Shown here in pieces: positions 51,032 to 61,100 of a stretch of 64,000 nt of DNA. Positions within the stretch are counted from its first letter, which is position 1, and every line of letters starts with the position of its first letter. The position numbers and the translations under genes are program-made. The notes under the pieces were generated by a model that was not told where the DNA came from, searched no databases, and saw only the letters and a list, made by a program, of their open reading frames with translations. The DNA is from an uncultured Gemmatimonadales bacterium (GTDB lineage: Bacteria; Gemmatimonadota; Gemmatimonadetes; Gemmatimonadales; Gemmatimonadaceae), in assembly GCA_963707505.1 (NCBI GenBank), contig CAVPQB010000004.1, forward strand, positions 1,280,001 through 1,344,000, read 5' to 3'.

Positions 51032-52102
51032 CTACTGAACCAGAACGAGGCGCACGAGCGTTCCATACTTCGTTCCGATCGCACCCTCATCGATCACGCG
51101 AACGAAATGTCCGGTGATCTCGGATCCCTTGTTACTCACATGATCGAGGGAGAAGCCCGCGATCATTCGTATTGTGACGGGATACTTGCCACTCGATTTT
51201 CCGCCAACAAGATCAAACAGCGGAACCTTGACGACCACACCAACAGATCCATCTGCGTTGTTGCATGCGTACGTTGGAGGGTTGCCACCACACATTCCCG
51301 GCTGATTACACAGGATGCAGACGTTGGAGCGCGTGGGGCCGGCCATGTTTCCCGTCTCCGTGTCGATGACATCGCCGGGTCCCAGTACGACAGGATAACA
51401 CGTATTGATGTAAGTGCCGTATGCATTCGCACCGTTGCCGAAGTCCATCGCGCCGAAATTGCCGCCGGACGGAGATGGGGGTGCGCCCTGTTTCAACGTG
51501 ACGGTCAGCTGCGATGCGGGAAGCGTGGCGAGCTGCACCAGGTCGGCGGCTGTGAGATCCCTGCTCGGCGATGCGGAGGGATTGAGCCGCGTCGTGAGCT
51601 CGGAGTAGAACATCCCCCACGGCTTTACACAGTTGGAGCTGGTGACCTGCGGTGCCGCCCAGGCCACCGCGATTGTGTGAACCTGTTGCGCCGCAGCTCC
51701 CAGGACTGCTTGAAACAGGTAGCTGGTCGGATCGCTTCCGGATACCTGCACGGCGTTATCCGCTGCGGTACAGGGCAACGTGTGCGGCGATCCGGAACCC
51801 CAGCCGTTCGTAGTCCCGTCCCACACGCCGCACCGGACGCTGGATGCGGGGAAAGTGGTCGCGCGCCCCAGTACAACATTCCGAACACCTGCTGCGCTCG
51901 CAACGGCAGCGACCTGCGACGGATCTATCAGCAGTTGAATCGCGGACGCGTGCGCCGCAGCATCGGTTCCCGTCTGGAGCTCGTTCTTCTGCACCAGCAT
52001 GCGGCTGACGTCGATGACGAACGCGAGCATGATCACGAGCACCACCATCGTGAACGCGGCAAGTACGAGTATCGCCCCCTTTCTGTTCTTCAGTCCGGGC
52101 AT
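51032..52102 (-). CDS. TadG-like pilus-associated protein (paralog 1)
   Basis: RKGAILVL..., FVIDVSRMLVQKNELQTGTDAAAHASA. Confidence 0.82.
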   Translation of the reverse strand: MPGLKNRKGAILVLAAFTMVVLVIMLAFVIDVSRMLVQKNELQTGTDAAAHASAIQLLIDPSQVAAVASAAGVRNVVLGRATTFPASSVRCGVWDGTTNGWGSGSPHTLPCTAADNAVQVSGSDPTSYLFQAVLGAAAQQVHTIAVAWAAPQVTSSNCVKPWGMFYSELTTRLNPSASPSRDLTAADLVQLATLPASQLTVTLKQGAPPSPSGGNFGAMDFGNGANAYGTYINTCYPVVLGPGDVIDTETGNMAGPTRSNVCILCNQPGMCGGNPPTYACNNADGSVGVVVKVPLFDLVGGKSSGKYPVTIRMIAGFSLDHVSNKGSEITGHFVRVIDEGAIGTKYGTLVRLVLVQ

Positions 52103-52129
52103 GGGATTCTCATGGAAGTGTCGACGACG

Positions 52130-53044
52130 TTACTTCGCGAAAAGTTTCATCACGTTCATCGCAACCGGTCCCAATATCACTATAAAGATCGAGGGGAAGA
52201 TGAAGAGCCCGAGCGGCAACAACATCTTCACGGGCAGCGTAGCCGCCTTCTTCTCGGCGGCCTGGCGCCGCGCGCGGCGTAGCGTTTCCGAGTAGACGCG
52301 CAATACGCGTCCGCTACTCGTTCCCCATTTCTCACCCTGTATTATGTGCGACACGAGTGTTCTGATCTCGTGCACTCCCGTCCGTGTCCACAATCCGCGC
52401 AATGCGTCCTCGCGCGACATGCCAGCGTTGGTCTTGCGGTTCACGATCACCAGCTCGCTGGCGAGTTCTGGATGAACGCTGCCGAGCTCCCTCGCGACGC
52501 GCAGTATCGCCGCATCCAGACTTATTCCGGCCTCGATGCACACGACCAGCAAGTCGAGTGTATCAGGCAGCGATCGGCGGATCGTCTCCTGCCTCAAGCG
52601 CACCGCGCGTACCAGATACCAGACAGGAAGAAGCACGGCAACTATTGCGGCGGCGGCGGCATACATCACCATGCGCGCAAACGTCGGCTTGGGTGCCAGG
52701 AGCAGCACCAACACGGGTAACCCAACGAGCATTGCTACCCTTATTGCCGCATATGTGAGCGGCGCGGTGGCGGAGTCGTAACCAGCCTGCACGAGCGCGG
52801 TGTCGGTTTTCGCATTGTTGGCCCATGCCTCGGGAACGAACTCGGCGAGCACGCGTGTGAACGATCGCTTCGCACTCTGTGCGCCGGCTCCGAACAGCCT
52901 GCCGTACGGCGCGCTCTGTGTCTGGACGGCGGTGCGACCGATGATGCTGCGACGAGACCGATCGAGCAGATAGACGTACGCCGCGGCACCGAGCGATGCA
53001 ATGCCGAGAAAGACGAGGGCCGCAAGTGCCAGTGGAGTTGTCAT
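52130..53044 (-). CDS. tadC: Tad pilus inner-membrane protein TadC
   Basis: LPDTLDLLVVCIEAG, Q.EKWG, AAEKKAA.LPVKMLLPL..FIFP. Confidence 0.92.
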   Translation of the reverse strand: MTTPLALAALVFLGIASLGAAAYVYLLDRSRRSIIGRTAVQTQSAPYGRLFGAGAQSAKRSFTRVLAEFVPEAWANNAKTDTALVQAGYDSATAPLTYAAIRVAMLVGLPVLVLLLAPKPTFARMVMYAAAAAIVAVLLPVWYLVRAVRLRQETIRRSLPDTLDLLVVCIEAGISLDAAILRVARELGSVHPELASELVIVNRKTNAGMSREDALRGLWTRTGVHEIRTLVSHIIQGEKWGTSSGRVLRVYSETLRRARRQAAEKKAATLPVKMLLPLGLFIFPSIFIVILGPVAMNVMKLFAK

Positions 53045-53060
53045 GTCGGATAGCTCCGCG

Positions 53061-54011
53061 TCATGTATCGATCCGTGCCATCTTCATCATTATCATGTAC
53101 CCGATGACGCAGGACATCACGCCGCCAGCGAGCATGTAGTGACCGGTTGTGCTCGCTCTGAATGGCGCCACAAACGCGGGGTTCAACGCGCCGATTGTAA
53201 GAAAGATCACGAGCGGCAGCACCGACAGAAAACGCCCCGACAGCTTGGGCTCCGAGGCGAGCGTCTCGATCTGTCCGCGCAACGCGACCCGATCGCGCAT
53301 CAGCGTGCCAAGATTACCAAGAAGCTCGGTGAGGTTGCCGCCAGTCTCGCGCTGGATCAGTACAGCTGTCACGAACATCTTGAGATTGATGCTGTCGATA
53401 CGCTCGTGCATCGCTGCCAACGCCGTTCGCACGTCGATTCCGAGTCGCTGTTCGTCGTAGAAGCGGCCAAACTCGGTGCCGAGCGGCGCTCCAAGCTCCT
53501 CGCTGATGAACTTCGCAGCCGCCTGGAACGAATAGCCGGCCTTCATGGCGTTCGACATCATGTCGAGCGCCTCCGGAAGCTGCGCGTCGAACGCGGCGAT
53601 TCGCCTGCGCTGCGCGTGGCCGAGCCACACCCACGGAATGAAGCCGGCGATTGTCGCGAGAAGAATCGATACCAGGAAGCCCACTCTTGCACCAAGTGCG
53701 AGGCCAGCTACAGCGAGCAACGCCGAGAAGAGTAAAAAGACGCCGGGCTTCTGCGCCGAACCGGCGCGTTGCAGGCGTGTGTGGATCACCTCGGTTACGT
53801 CGCGCCCCTTCAAAAGACGATCGAGAAACGGCACGGCGCTTACTGCGTCGTCTTTCAGAATCGTTTGTGGGCCGTTGACGAGCGTCTCGCCATGCAGTCG
53901 CGAGCGTACGGCATCGGCCTCGGCCAACGCGCGTCTGTTTGCAAACAGGTAGGCGCCGACGATCACGCCGAGCGTGGCGAGGAATACACCAGCGAGGATG
54001 ATGATCTGCAT
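53061..54011 (-). CDS. tadB: Tad pilus inner-membrane protein TadB
   Basis: QLPEALDMM...MKAG, IQRETGGNL. Confidence 0.92.
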   Translation of the reverse strand: MQIIILAGVFLATLGVIVGAYLFANRRALAEADAVRSRLHGETLVNGPQTILKDDAVSAVPFLDRLLKGRDVTEVIHTRLQRAGSAQKPGVFLLFSALLAVAGLALGARVGFLVSILLATIAGFIPWVWLGHAQRRRIAAFDAQLPEALDMMSNAMKAGYSFQAAAKFISEELGAPLGTEFGRFYDEQRLGIDVRTALAAMHERIDSINLKMFVTAVLIQRETGGNLTELLGNLGTLMRDRVALRGQIETLASEPKLSGRFLSVLPLVIFLTIGALNPAFVAPFRASTTGHYMLAGGVMSCVIGYMIMMKMARIDT

Positions 54012-54016
54012 CGCCG

Positions 54017-55465
54017 TCAGTGGTCGGAGAAGATGGTCGCGCCGAACTCCACGCCGGCGAGGCGAAGACGCTCGGTGAACGCCGGCCGGATTCCCGTCGG
54101 CTCGAAGTCACCCAGGACCGTTCCGTCTGCGGCGATGCCGCGGCGCCGAAACCTGTAGATCTCCTGCACCGATATCACCGCCTCTTCCATTCCCGTCACC
54201 TCGACGATGCTTGTGATTCGGCGAGTGCCGTCGGACAGCCGTGACACCTGAATGATCACGTCGAGCGCCGACGAGATCTGCTCTCGCATCGCACGGTTGG
54301 GCAGGTTCGTTCCCGCCATCAGGATCATCGTCTCGAGGCGGGCGAGCGCGTCACGCGGAGTGTTGGCGTGAATCGTCGTCAGCGACCCTTCGTGGCCGGT
54401 GTTCATCGCCTGGAGCATGTCCAGCGCCTCGGCGGATCGCACCTCGCCGACGATGATTCGGTCCGGGCGCATGCGCAGCGCGTTCTTCACGAGATCGCGC
54501 GCAACCACCTCGCCCTGCCCTTCCGCGTTGGGCGGTCGCGTCTCGAGCCGAACGACGTGGTGCTGCTGCAGCCGCAGCTCGGCCGCGTCCTCGATGGTGA
54601 TGATGCGATGATCTGCCTGGATGAACGATGTCAGCGCATTGAGCAGCGTCGTCTTGCCCGCGCCGGTACCGCCCGAGATCAGAATGTTGAGCCGCGCACG
54701 CACACAACCGGCGAGCAGCTCCATCATTCCCTCGCTCATCGCGCCGTTGCCGAGCAGATTCTCGATCGCCAGATCGGCACCGAAGCGACGAATCGACAGC
54801 ACCGGTCCGTCGAGCGCGAGCGGCGGAATGATGGCGTTCACGCGCGACCCGTCGGGCAAGCCGCGCATCCACCATCGGCGACGACTCGTCGACGCGACGG
54901 CCGACACGACTCACGATGCGGTCGATGATCGCAGTGAGATGCGCATCATTTCGGAAGGACGTGGCGACTCTCGTCAACTTGCCGCGGCGCTCGACGTAGA
55001 TCATCTTCGAGCCGTTCACGAGAATGTCGCTGATCGACGGATCGCGGAACAGCGGCTCGATCGGCCCGAGTCCGATCACCTCGTAGATGATCTGCTCGAT
55101 GATCTCTTCACGCTGGCTCTGGCTGAGCGGAGTCGGCTCGTCGCGTAGGAAATCGAGAACCGCGCGCCGGATCTCCGCCGAGAGACACGCTCGTCCTTGA
55201 TCTTCTCCAGCGCGTCGAGATCGAGCCGCTCGATGAGCTTGCGGTGCAGATCGATCTTGAGCTGGTCGACCGCGCCGAGCGTCTCTTCCTCGATACGGTG
55301 CGTGTACATGCCCGATGCGGACGCCGTCGCGGCTGGCTTCGTCGCAACTGGCGGCGGGAACATCGGTGAGGTTATTGTCACCGATGGTGTGGCTGTTGGC
55401 GCGGCACCATTTCCATTGGCATCCGGCGACGGAACGCGTCCCATCAAACGACTTTTAAGTGACAC
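54017..55465 (-). CDS. cpaF: Tad pilus ATPase CpaF/TadA; frameshifts near 55180 and 54865
   Basis: [67 protein letters not shown] 55465 with GGGAGG. Confidence 0.93.
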
Positions 55466-56673
55466 TTGGAGACCTCCCGGTGAGTCCGAACAGACTGCGC
55501 AGGCGTGAGCGCTCCGGCGCCGTCGCGACGGCGGGACGCGTGGGATCACGTGGCGCGACCGCGCCGCGCAGCTTGGCCGCGAGCTGCCCGTAGCTTCGCG
55601 CCAGCTTGGATCCCGCCGCCTCCTGCGACACTGATATTCCCTTGTTCAGCGAGGCAACCGACGTCCGATAGTCATTCGGCAGATTCCAGAACAGTTCGTG
55701 CTTCAGCGACTCGGCGACCATCGGCAGCGTGAACACATCACCCGACTGGAACCGGTTGAGGACCACACATGACTTTGTCTCGGCGTAGCCAAGCCTGCGA
55801 AACAGCGCGAGCGTACGTTGTGTGCTGCGCAGCGACGGGACGTTGGGCTGGGTGACGAGTAGCAATTCGATCGGCTGCATCGAGGATCGCGAGCGTTCGC
55901 TCGCTCATGTGATGCTCGCAATCGATCACGGTCACGTCGAAGTTGGCACGCAGCTGATCCACGACTACACCGACCGTGGCGGCATCGAACGAGTCGTCCA
56001 TCACCGGATCTTCGCTGGATGGGAGAACCGATACACCCATTGGTCCCGCGGTCATCAGAGACTTCAACAATGCGCCATCGACTCCGTCGAGCTTGTCCAC
56101 CAGGTCGCTGATATCGTACGCAGGCTGCAGGTTGAGGAATACGCGCACGTCGCCGCCGGTGAAGACGCAATCGGCCAGCGCGACCTTCGCGCGCGTATCA
56201 TTCGCCGCAAACGCCTGCGCCATGTTCACCGCAATGCTGGTGGTGCCGAGCCCGCCCTTGGCGCTGTACACCGCTACCACCTGGCCGCTGTGATCGGTGG
56301 CGCCCCCGCGTATTATCAGCCGCTCGACTGCAGCCGCGAGATCCTGCTGAGTCGGTGGAAAGATCAGGAACTCGTGCACTCCTGCCCGCATCGCGCGCAG
56401 AATGAGATCGGGATCGGCAGTTGGCGCCGTGCCGACCACGGACAGAGTCGCACGCCCCCGTATCTCCCGCTCCAGCATAGCAAGCTGACTCGGATCGATG
56501 TGCTGCAGCGGCACCACCAGCAGGTCGAACGGCTCGGCGCGCAACCGTCCAAGTGCCTGGTCCAGCCGTGGCGATGGAACGATCGTCGTGAAGCCGAAAC
56601 GGCTGAGCGCATCCGCGACGATGTCGGGCGAGCCAGCCGAATCGGCGACGACTATTGCGCGGCGCTGCGCCAT
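55455..56673 (-). CDS. cpaE: CpaE/TadZ (receiver-like domain plus MinD-type ATPase); frameshift near 55870
   Basis: AMRAGVHEFL, KGGLGTTSIAVN, LNR, LPND, N.G. Confidence 0.88.
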
Positions 56674-57882
56674 CTATCGAGGCTCCGGTTTCGCAACAGG
56701 GGGGAGTCGATCCTGTATCGCACCGCGCGCCGGAAGCGCCGTGTCGGGGACGATTTGCAGAGTGTCCACGGGCCGCGTGTGCATCGGATCTATCACCACC
56801 GGTGTGACGACTACGAGCAGCTCCGTCTCGTCGTTCTGCCACTGGGTGCTCGAGAAGAGCTGGCCGAGAATCGGAATGTCCTGCAGAAACGGAATCCCGG
56901 TCTTCACAAGATTGCGCGCATTGTTGAACAGTCCCGAGATGATGAGGCTCTGATCCCTCCGGACATCGACTGTCGTCGTTACACGTCTCGTCTGGAATGC
57001 GGGAATGCGGAAGCCAGACAGTGTGATCGCGTTGTTATTGTCGATGCTCGATACTTCCGGCGCGAGCGACAGCTTGATGAGACTGTCGTTGAGAATCTCA
57101 GGTACGAATTTGAGCTTGACGCCGAACTCCTTGAACATGATCGTGACCGTGTTGGTGCCGCTGCCTGACTGGCCGCCCTGCACGATCGGAATCGGAATCT
57201 CGCCGCCAGCGAGGAACGTTGCCGTGTCGCGATTCCCAGCGAGGACATCCGGCTCCGCGAGTGTCCGCGAAAGACCTTTCTGTTCGTTCGCATCGAGCAG
57301 CGCGAGCAATCGCTTGGTGTTGAAGTCTGTCAGTACGGTCAGGAATCCGGTGGTTCCCGGAAGCGTGATGGATCCGTCGCCGTTGAACACGTTGTCGGTG
57401 TTGAAGACGCCGGTGCCGATGCGCTCATGGCCCTGGGGGTCGCGATACCGCGCAGATACGCCAATCGTTCGAAGCAGGGTGCGATTCACCTCGGCGAACC
57501 GTATGTAAACCGCCACCTGCCGCCGGTCCGCCGGTGACCGCACCGAAACGCGCAGGTGCTGGCGTGTCCCGTTCGCGAGCCAGAGAACAGCGTCCGTCTC
57601 GCCGATTGCCTTCGCATTTATCACGAACTCACGATCGCTCACGACTATGAGATCCGCGATGTCCGGCGACGCGACCGACGCCTTCGTGAGTGCGACCGGT
57701 GTCGTCACGGGCAACGATCGTCCCACGGACAGGTCGATCATCGAGATCGGATCGGCGCGCCCCTGCGTCTCGGGCCCGTAAACCGCTACACTCTGCGCGA
57801 GTGCCGTGCCCACGGCGCCGAGCGCGAACGAGGCTGCTGTTGCGAGCGCTGCCGTGGTGATCCGGATGTTCGTAAGCGACAA
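56674..57882 (-). CDS. cpaC: Tad secretin CpaC/RcpA
   Basis: VASPDIAD, RFAEV, LAEP, FLAGGEIPIP, KEFGVKL, GIPFL.DIPILG.LF, ETELLVVVTP; TTG 57882 with GAGG. Confidence 0.92.
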   Translation of the reverse strand: MSLTNIRITTAALATAASFALGAVGTALAQSVAVYGPETQGRADPISMIDLSVGRSLPVTTPVALTKASVASPDIADLIVVSDREFVINAKAIGETDAVLWLANGTRQHLRVSVRSPADRRQVAVYIRFAEVNRTLLRTIGVSARYRDPQGHERIGTGVFNTDNVFNGDGSITLPGTTGFLTVLTDFNTKRLLALLDANEQKGLSRTLAEPDVLAGNRDTATFLAGGEIPIPIVQGGQSGSGTNTVTIMFKEFGVKLKFVPEILNDSLIKLSLAPEVSSIDNNNAITLSGFRIPAFQTRRVTTTVDVRRDQSLIISGLFNNARNLVKTGIPFLQDIPILGQLFSSTQWQNDETELLVVVTPVVIDPMHTRPVDTLQIVPDTALPARGAIQDRLPPVAKPEPR

Positions 57883-57956
57883 GAATTCCTCTCTGAGTGA
57901 AGAAAGAGCGCATGTAAGCTTGCTGCGAGTGATCCTGCGTACCCATATCTCCCCCG

Positions 57957-58877
57957 TCACGGCGATTTCGGGACGCCACCGGTGGTCGGCTTCTCGAAGG
58001 TCTGCTTGGTCGGCTTCTCGGCGCGATACACGCTCACGGTCACCGAATCGGGCGGCGCTGGCTTGGCCATCACGACCGCCACCGGCACCGGTTGCGGCGG
58101 CGGCGCCGCCACGCGTCGCCGAATCTCGCGGTGCGGAGGGGTTGGAGCAACGGCCGGTGCGCCGCGTAGCAGAGCGAGAACATCCTTGGATGTGGCGCCG
58201 GCGGTGCGCACGGTATCAGGATCGCCGTAACCGCGAAGCACCAGCTGTATGCTGCCCTTGTTCATCGCAACCGCAAGCTGCTCGGCTTCCCGCGGCGTTA
58301 CGCCGAGCGTGACGGTGGTCGCGTTGTTCGGCTTGCCGTTCTCGTCGCGCTGCACTTCGGTGCCAACGGAAAGCACGCGCATGTTCTCCATGAATAGCTT
58401 GGCCATCTGCGTATCGCGATTGTTCGCGTCCTCCGCCAGCGTCACGAGTACATCCACACGGCTGTTCGGTTGCAGGAGACCGCTGATCCCCGCAACATCA
58501 TTGATGCGCACCGCCATCGCGCGCGTCCCCGGCGCGATCTTCTGCTCCAGTCCAGCACCCGCGCCGAGCGGCGCCAGGCGTCCTGGCACTATCGCCTCTC
58601 CGTTGAAGACAGCGATGCGAGTGACGCGTCCAACCGCGGAGTCGATCGATGAAAAAGCTCCCACAGGAACGGTCGCAATTGGCCAGTTGCGCGTGGTGAG
58701 CGCAAGCCGGTCCAGCGAAACTCCCTCGGGAAGATCCTTTGTCGCGATGACTACGGGCTGCGTGGGAACTCGTGTCTGATCGCGCAGCGATCCCAGCATG
58801 CGATAGGCGCCGAACGTCGCGATCGCCGCGACAATGAGGGCGCCGTAGAGAACCATCGTGTACCGTCGTTCAGCCAT
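57957..58877 (-). CDS. cpaB: Flp pilus assembly protein CpaB
   Basis: SAF domain VVIATKDLP.G, G.RAMAV.IN...GISGLLQP.SRVDVL, VTL.VTP.EAE, LVLR. Confidence 0.93.
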   Translation of the reverse strand: MAERRYTMVLYGALIVAAIATFGAYRMLGSLRDQTRVPTQPVVIATKDLPEGVSLDRLALTTRNWPIATVPVGAFSSIDSAVGRVTRIAVFNGEAIVPGRLAPLGAGAGLEQKIAPGTRAMAVRINDVAGISGLLQPNSRVDVLVTLAEDANNRDTQMAKLFMENMRVLSVGTEVQRDENGKPNNATTVTLGVTPREAEQLAVAMNKGSIQLVLRGYGDPDTVRTAGATSKDVLALLRGAPAVAPTPPHREIRRRVAAPPPQPVPVAVVMAKPAPPDSVTVSVYRAEKPTKQTFEKPTTGGVPKSP

Positions 58878-58942
58878 CGGTCCAACCTCAGCGTGTAAGC
58901 GTTGCGGAACTGCGAATCGCGTGCATTGGTCTTCGACACAGG

Positions 58943-59362
58943 TCAGCCGCTACTTCGTTCCAGCCGGAAGGTCGCCTGACGAGTAATGGAGATGTTGGCG
59001 CCAAGCAGTGAGGCGAGCGGCGTGATAGTCGGCCAGGGATAATTGGTGACCTTGACAATCACGCTGCCAGGCACTGTTGCGACGTCAATGGAAATCTCAG
59101 CATCCGTGATTGCGGGACTGCCGAACGGAGTGAACGCGGCTTCGACGCGCGCCTTTACTACCGCCTGACTCGCGACTGGGTCGGCCAATACCGCCGCCTC
59201 TCGCGCACCTTCACGCACCGCACTGGCCATGCTGTTGGCTGTGAACAACAACCGTCCAAAATCGATCACTCCCCACACAAGCAGCAGGAAGATCGGGAGC
59301 ACGATGGCCATCTCGACCATTGCGGCACCGTCGTCTCGGCGAACGAGTCTGGAGAGACGCAT
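58943..59362 (-). CDS. tadE: TadE-like pseudopilin
   Basis: DDGAAMVEMAIVLPIFLLLVWGVIDFG, AVREGAREA. Confidence 0.9.
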   Translation of the reverse strand: MRLSRLVRRDDGAAMVEMAIVLPIFLLLVWGVIDFGRLLFTANSMASAVREGAREAAVLADPVASQAVVKARVEAAFTPFGSPAITDAEISIDVATVPGSVIVKVTNYPWPTITPLASLLGANISITRQATFRLERSSG

Positions 59363-59369
59363 GCGATCC

Positions 59370-59915
59370 TCAGCTAAGGAGTGGTAAGAATGCAGCGGTC
59401 ATCGCGCCAATCGCGAGCGCGACGCCGTATGGAATCGCGCGGCGCGATTTCACATCGACACTGTGATTCACAACCCGGCGCGGATTCGCTATTGCCATGG
59501 CGGCTGTGGCAACGGTCCCGCTCGGTCCGTATGCGAACAGCATCCACACGACAGCCAGAAGACCTCCGGCGAGCGCGCCGATAAGCGCACCGTTGAGCGT
59601 CCGCGCGGGTCCAAGCCAGGCGCCGGCCGCGGCGAAGAGTTTCACATCGCCAGCGCCCAGCCAGCGAACCGCATACAACGGCAACCAGAGCACGAGACCG
59701 AGAAGCAATCCTCCGATGCTCGCCGCGAGAGCATCACGCGGGGCGCCCGATGCCGCCACGGAGTACGCGACGCCAGTCACACCAAGGAGCGCGACTACGC
59801 TGTTTGGAATGCGCCTGCGTTGAACATCAGACACACACGCACAGAGCAGGAGCGTCGCGAATATTGCGAAGCCAACCGCGCCAACTATTGAACCCGCGAA
59901 CAAAGATGCTCTCAT
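59370..59915 (-). CDS. cpaA: A24 prepilin peptidase CpaA/TadV
   Basis: SDVQRRRIPN, GAGDVKL, IPYGVAL. Confidence 0.92.
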   Translation of the reverse strand: MRASLFAGSIVGAVGFAIFATLLLCACVSDVQRRRIPNSVVALLGVTGVAYSVAASGAPRDALAASIGGLLLGLVLWLPLYAVRWLGAGDVKLFAAAGAWLGPARTLNGALIGALAGGLLAVVWMLFAYGPSGTVATAAMAIANPRRVVNHSVDVKSRRAIPYGVALAIGAMTAAFLPLLS

Positions 59916-60000
59916 GCGTTACCAGAGTCCGGGACGAAGGTGCATCCTGCACGCACACGACCCGGCTAGGAGGTCGGCCGAGTGAGAGTGCCGGACACTT

Positions 60001-60171
60001 CTACAATCCCGCACTGGCATTGGCGAATCCGGCCTGAATCTGCCCGCCGAGTGTGGTGATGATTCCGAAGCACACCGCAGCGACCAGTGCGAGCATTATC
60101 CCGTACTCGACCATCGTTGCGCCGTTCTCGTCGGCGATCATTGCTCGAACCGCTCCAGCAAGCTGCGCCAT
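60001..60171 (-). CDS. flp: Flp pilin 3
   Basis: DENG|ATMVEYG followed by a hydrophobic helix; GGAGG RBS. Confidence 0.9.
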   Translation of the reverse strand: MAQLAGAVRAMIADENGATMVEYGIMLALVAAVCFGIITTLGGQIQAGFANASAGL

Positions 60172-60209
60172 CCACAACCTCCTACGGTTGATCTGGAAAC
60201 TAGCTCGCT

Positions 60210-60246
60210 TCACCTCGACGACGGTCGGTTGGCGCCGTCGAGGTGA
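60210..60246. other. Strong stem-loop between pilin genes 2 and 3
   Basis: Perfect 11-bp inverted repeat TCACCTCGACG / CGTCGAGGTGA; no clear U-tract. Confidence 0.6.
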
Positions 60247-60261
60247 CGAAAGCGGCGAAGG

Positions 60262-60441
60262 TCAGGCGCCGGCGATGGCGTTGCTGACGTTCGTGAACGC
60301 GGTGTTGATCTGGGTACCGAGCGTGGTGACGATGCCGACACATACTGCGGCGATTAGTGCGACCATCATCCCATATTCCACCATCGTCGCTCCCTCGTCC
60401 CCGCAGACGAAGGCGCGCGCAGCTTGCACGATCCCGTTCAT
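60262..60441 (-). CDS. flp: Flp pilin 2
   Basis: DEG|ATMVEYG followed by a hydrophobic helix. Confidence 0.92.
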   Translation of the reverse strand: MNGIVQAARAFVCGDEGATMVEYGMMVALIAAVCVGIVTTLGTQINTAFTNVSNAIAGA

Positions 60442-60546
60442 TGTGCGATCCCCATGTAAGGAGTTGAACGAATTCATCGGACCGGGTTGGCAGCTGACCA
60501 GCCAGTGTGTCGCTGTTTGGTCGGCCCGCCGCCATCGCGCCTTCGT

Positions 60547-60717
60547 CTACAGCGCAGTGCTTACCGTAGTGAACGCGGTTCTGATCTGGGTGCCAAGCGT
60601 CGTTACAATTCCAACACATACGGCGGCGATAAGTGCGACCATCATCCCATACTCGACCATCGTTGCGCCATCCTCATTCGTTAGAAACGAACGGAAACCG
60701 CCAGCGAGCTTCTTCAT
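60547..60717 (-). CDS. flp: Flp pilin 1
   Basis: EDG|ATMVEYG; AGGAG before ATG 60717. Confidence 0.92.
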   Translation of the reverse strand: MKKLAGGFRSFLTNEDGATMVEYGMMVALIAAVCVGIVTTLGTQIRTAFTTVSTAL

Positions 60718-60803
60718 CGAGAATCTCCTAACAAATGGAAGGTGTGTGCGCTTCTGACAATCACATGACCAAAGCGCGCCTGTGACAGATATTGTTGGAC
60801 GGC

Positions 60804-60820
60804 AGGCCAGAGGCGTGCCA
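60804..60820 (-). promoter_or_regulatory. Probable sigma54 promoter of the flp/tad operon
   Basis: TGGCACG-CCTC-TGGC on the minus strand: perfect -24 element, GG-N10-GC spacing. Confidence 0.6.
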
Positions 60821-60890
60821 TTTATGCACGCTGCCGCACGCAGTTCCACGACCATTCTTGCCGAGAACGTCATCGTGTACCATTTGACAC

Positions 60891-60903
60891 GATCAAATAG
60901 TTA
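60891..60903. promoter_or_regulatory. IHF-like binding site
   Basis: GATCAAATAGTTA versus WATCAANNNNTTR (1 mismatch), about 70-85 bp upstream of the -24 box. Confidence 0.45.
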
Positions 60904-61100
60904 CAGAGACGCAGGTTACGAAGTGCACTAAGACTTCGGCGATGCGCGCGCCGTGCGGTGGGGCAGCCCCGGTAAAGTGCGATCTTTAGGGAATTAGTAC
61001 AGGCGGATTGTGGCTTTTGTGCATCATATGGTGCGACATCGCTACGCGACGGGGACCTTATGGAGTGTGGACGCTTCGCAGTGCACCCTGTGCCCCACGC

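Noticed and set aside
49919..52282. 787-aa plus-strand ORF (and similar ones at 34043-36061, 825-2162, 55822-57168, 23895-25148)
   Set aside because: Antisense shadows of clear minus-strand genes, as expected in high-GC DNA; no recognisable motifs
60882..60898. FNR box
   Set aside because: TTGAC-ACG-ATCAA has a 3-nt spacer rather than the required 4; kept only as an unassigned palindrome overlapping the IHF-like site
60930..61100. Possible c-di-GMP-I riboswitch upstream of the pilins (minus strand ACAAAAGCC...GGGGCTGCC)
   Set aside because: Only fragmentary resemblance; I could not build the GGCAAA / GNRA-tetraloop P2 structure; it lies upstream of the predicted sigma54 start. An Infernal RF01051 scan would settle it
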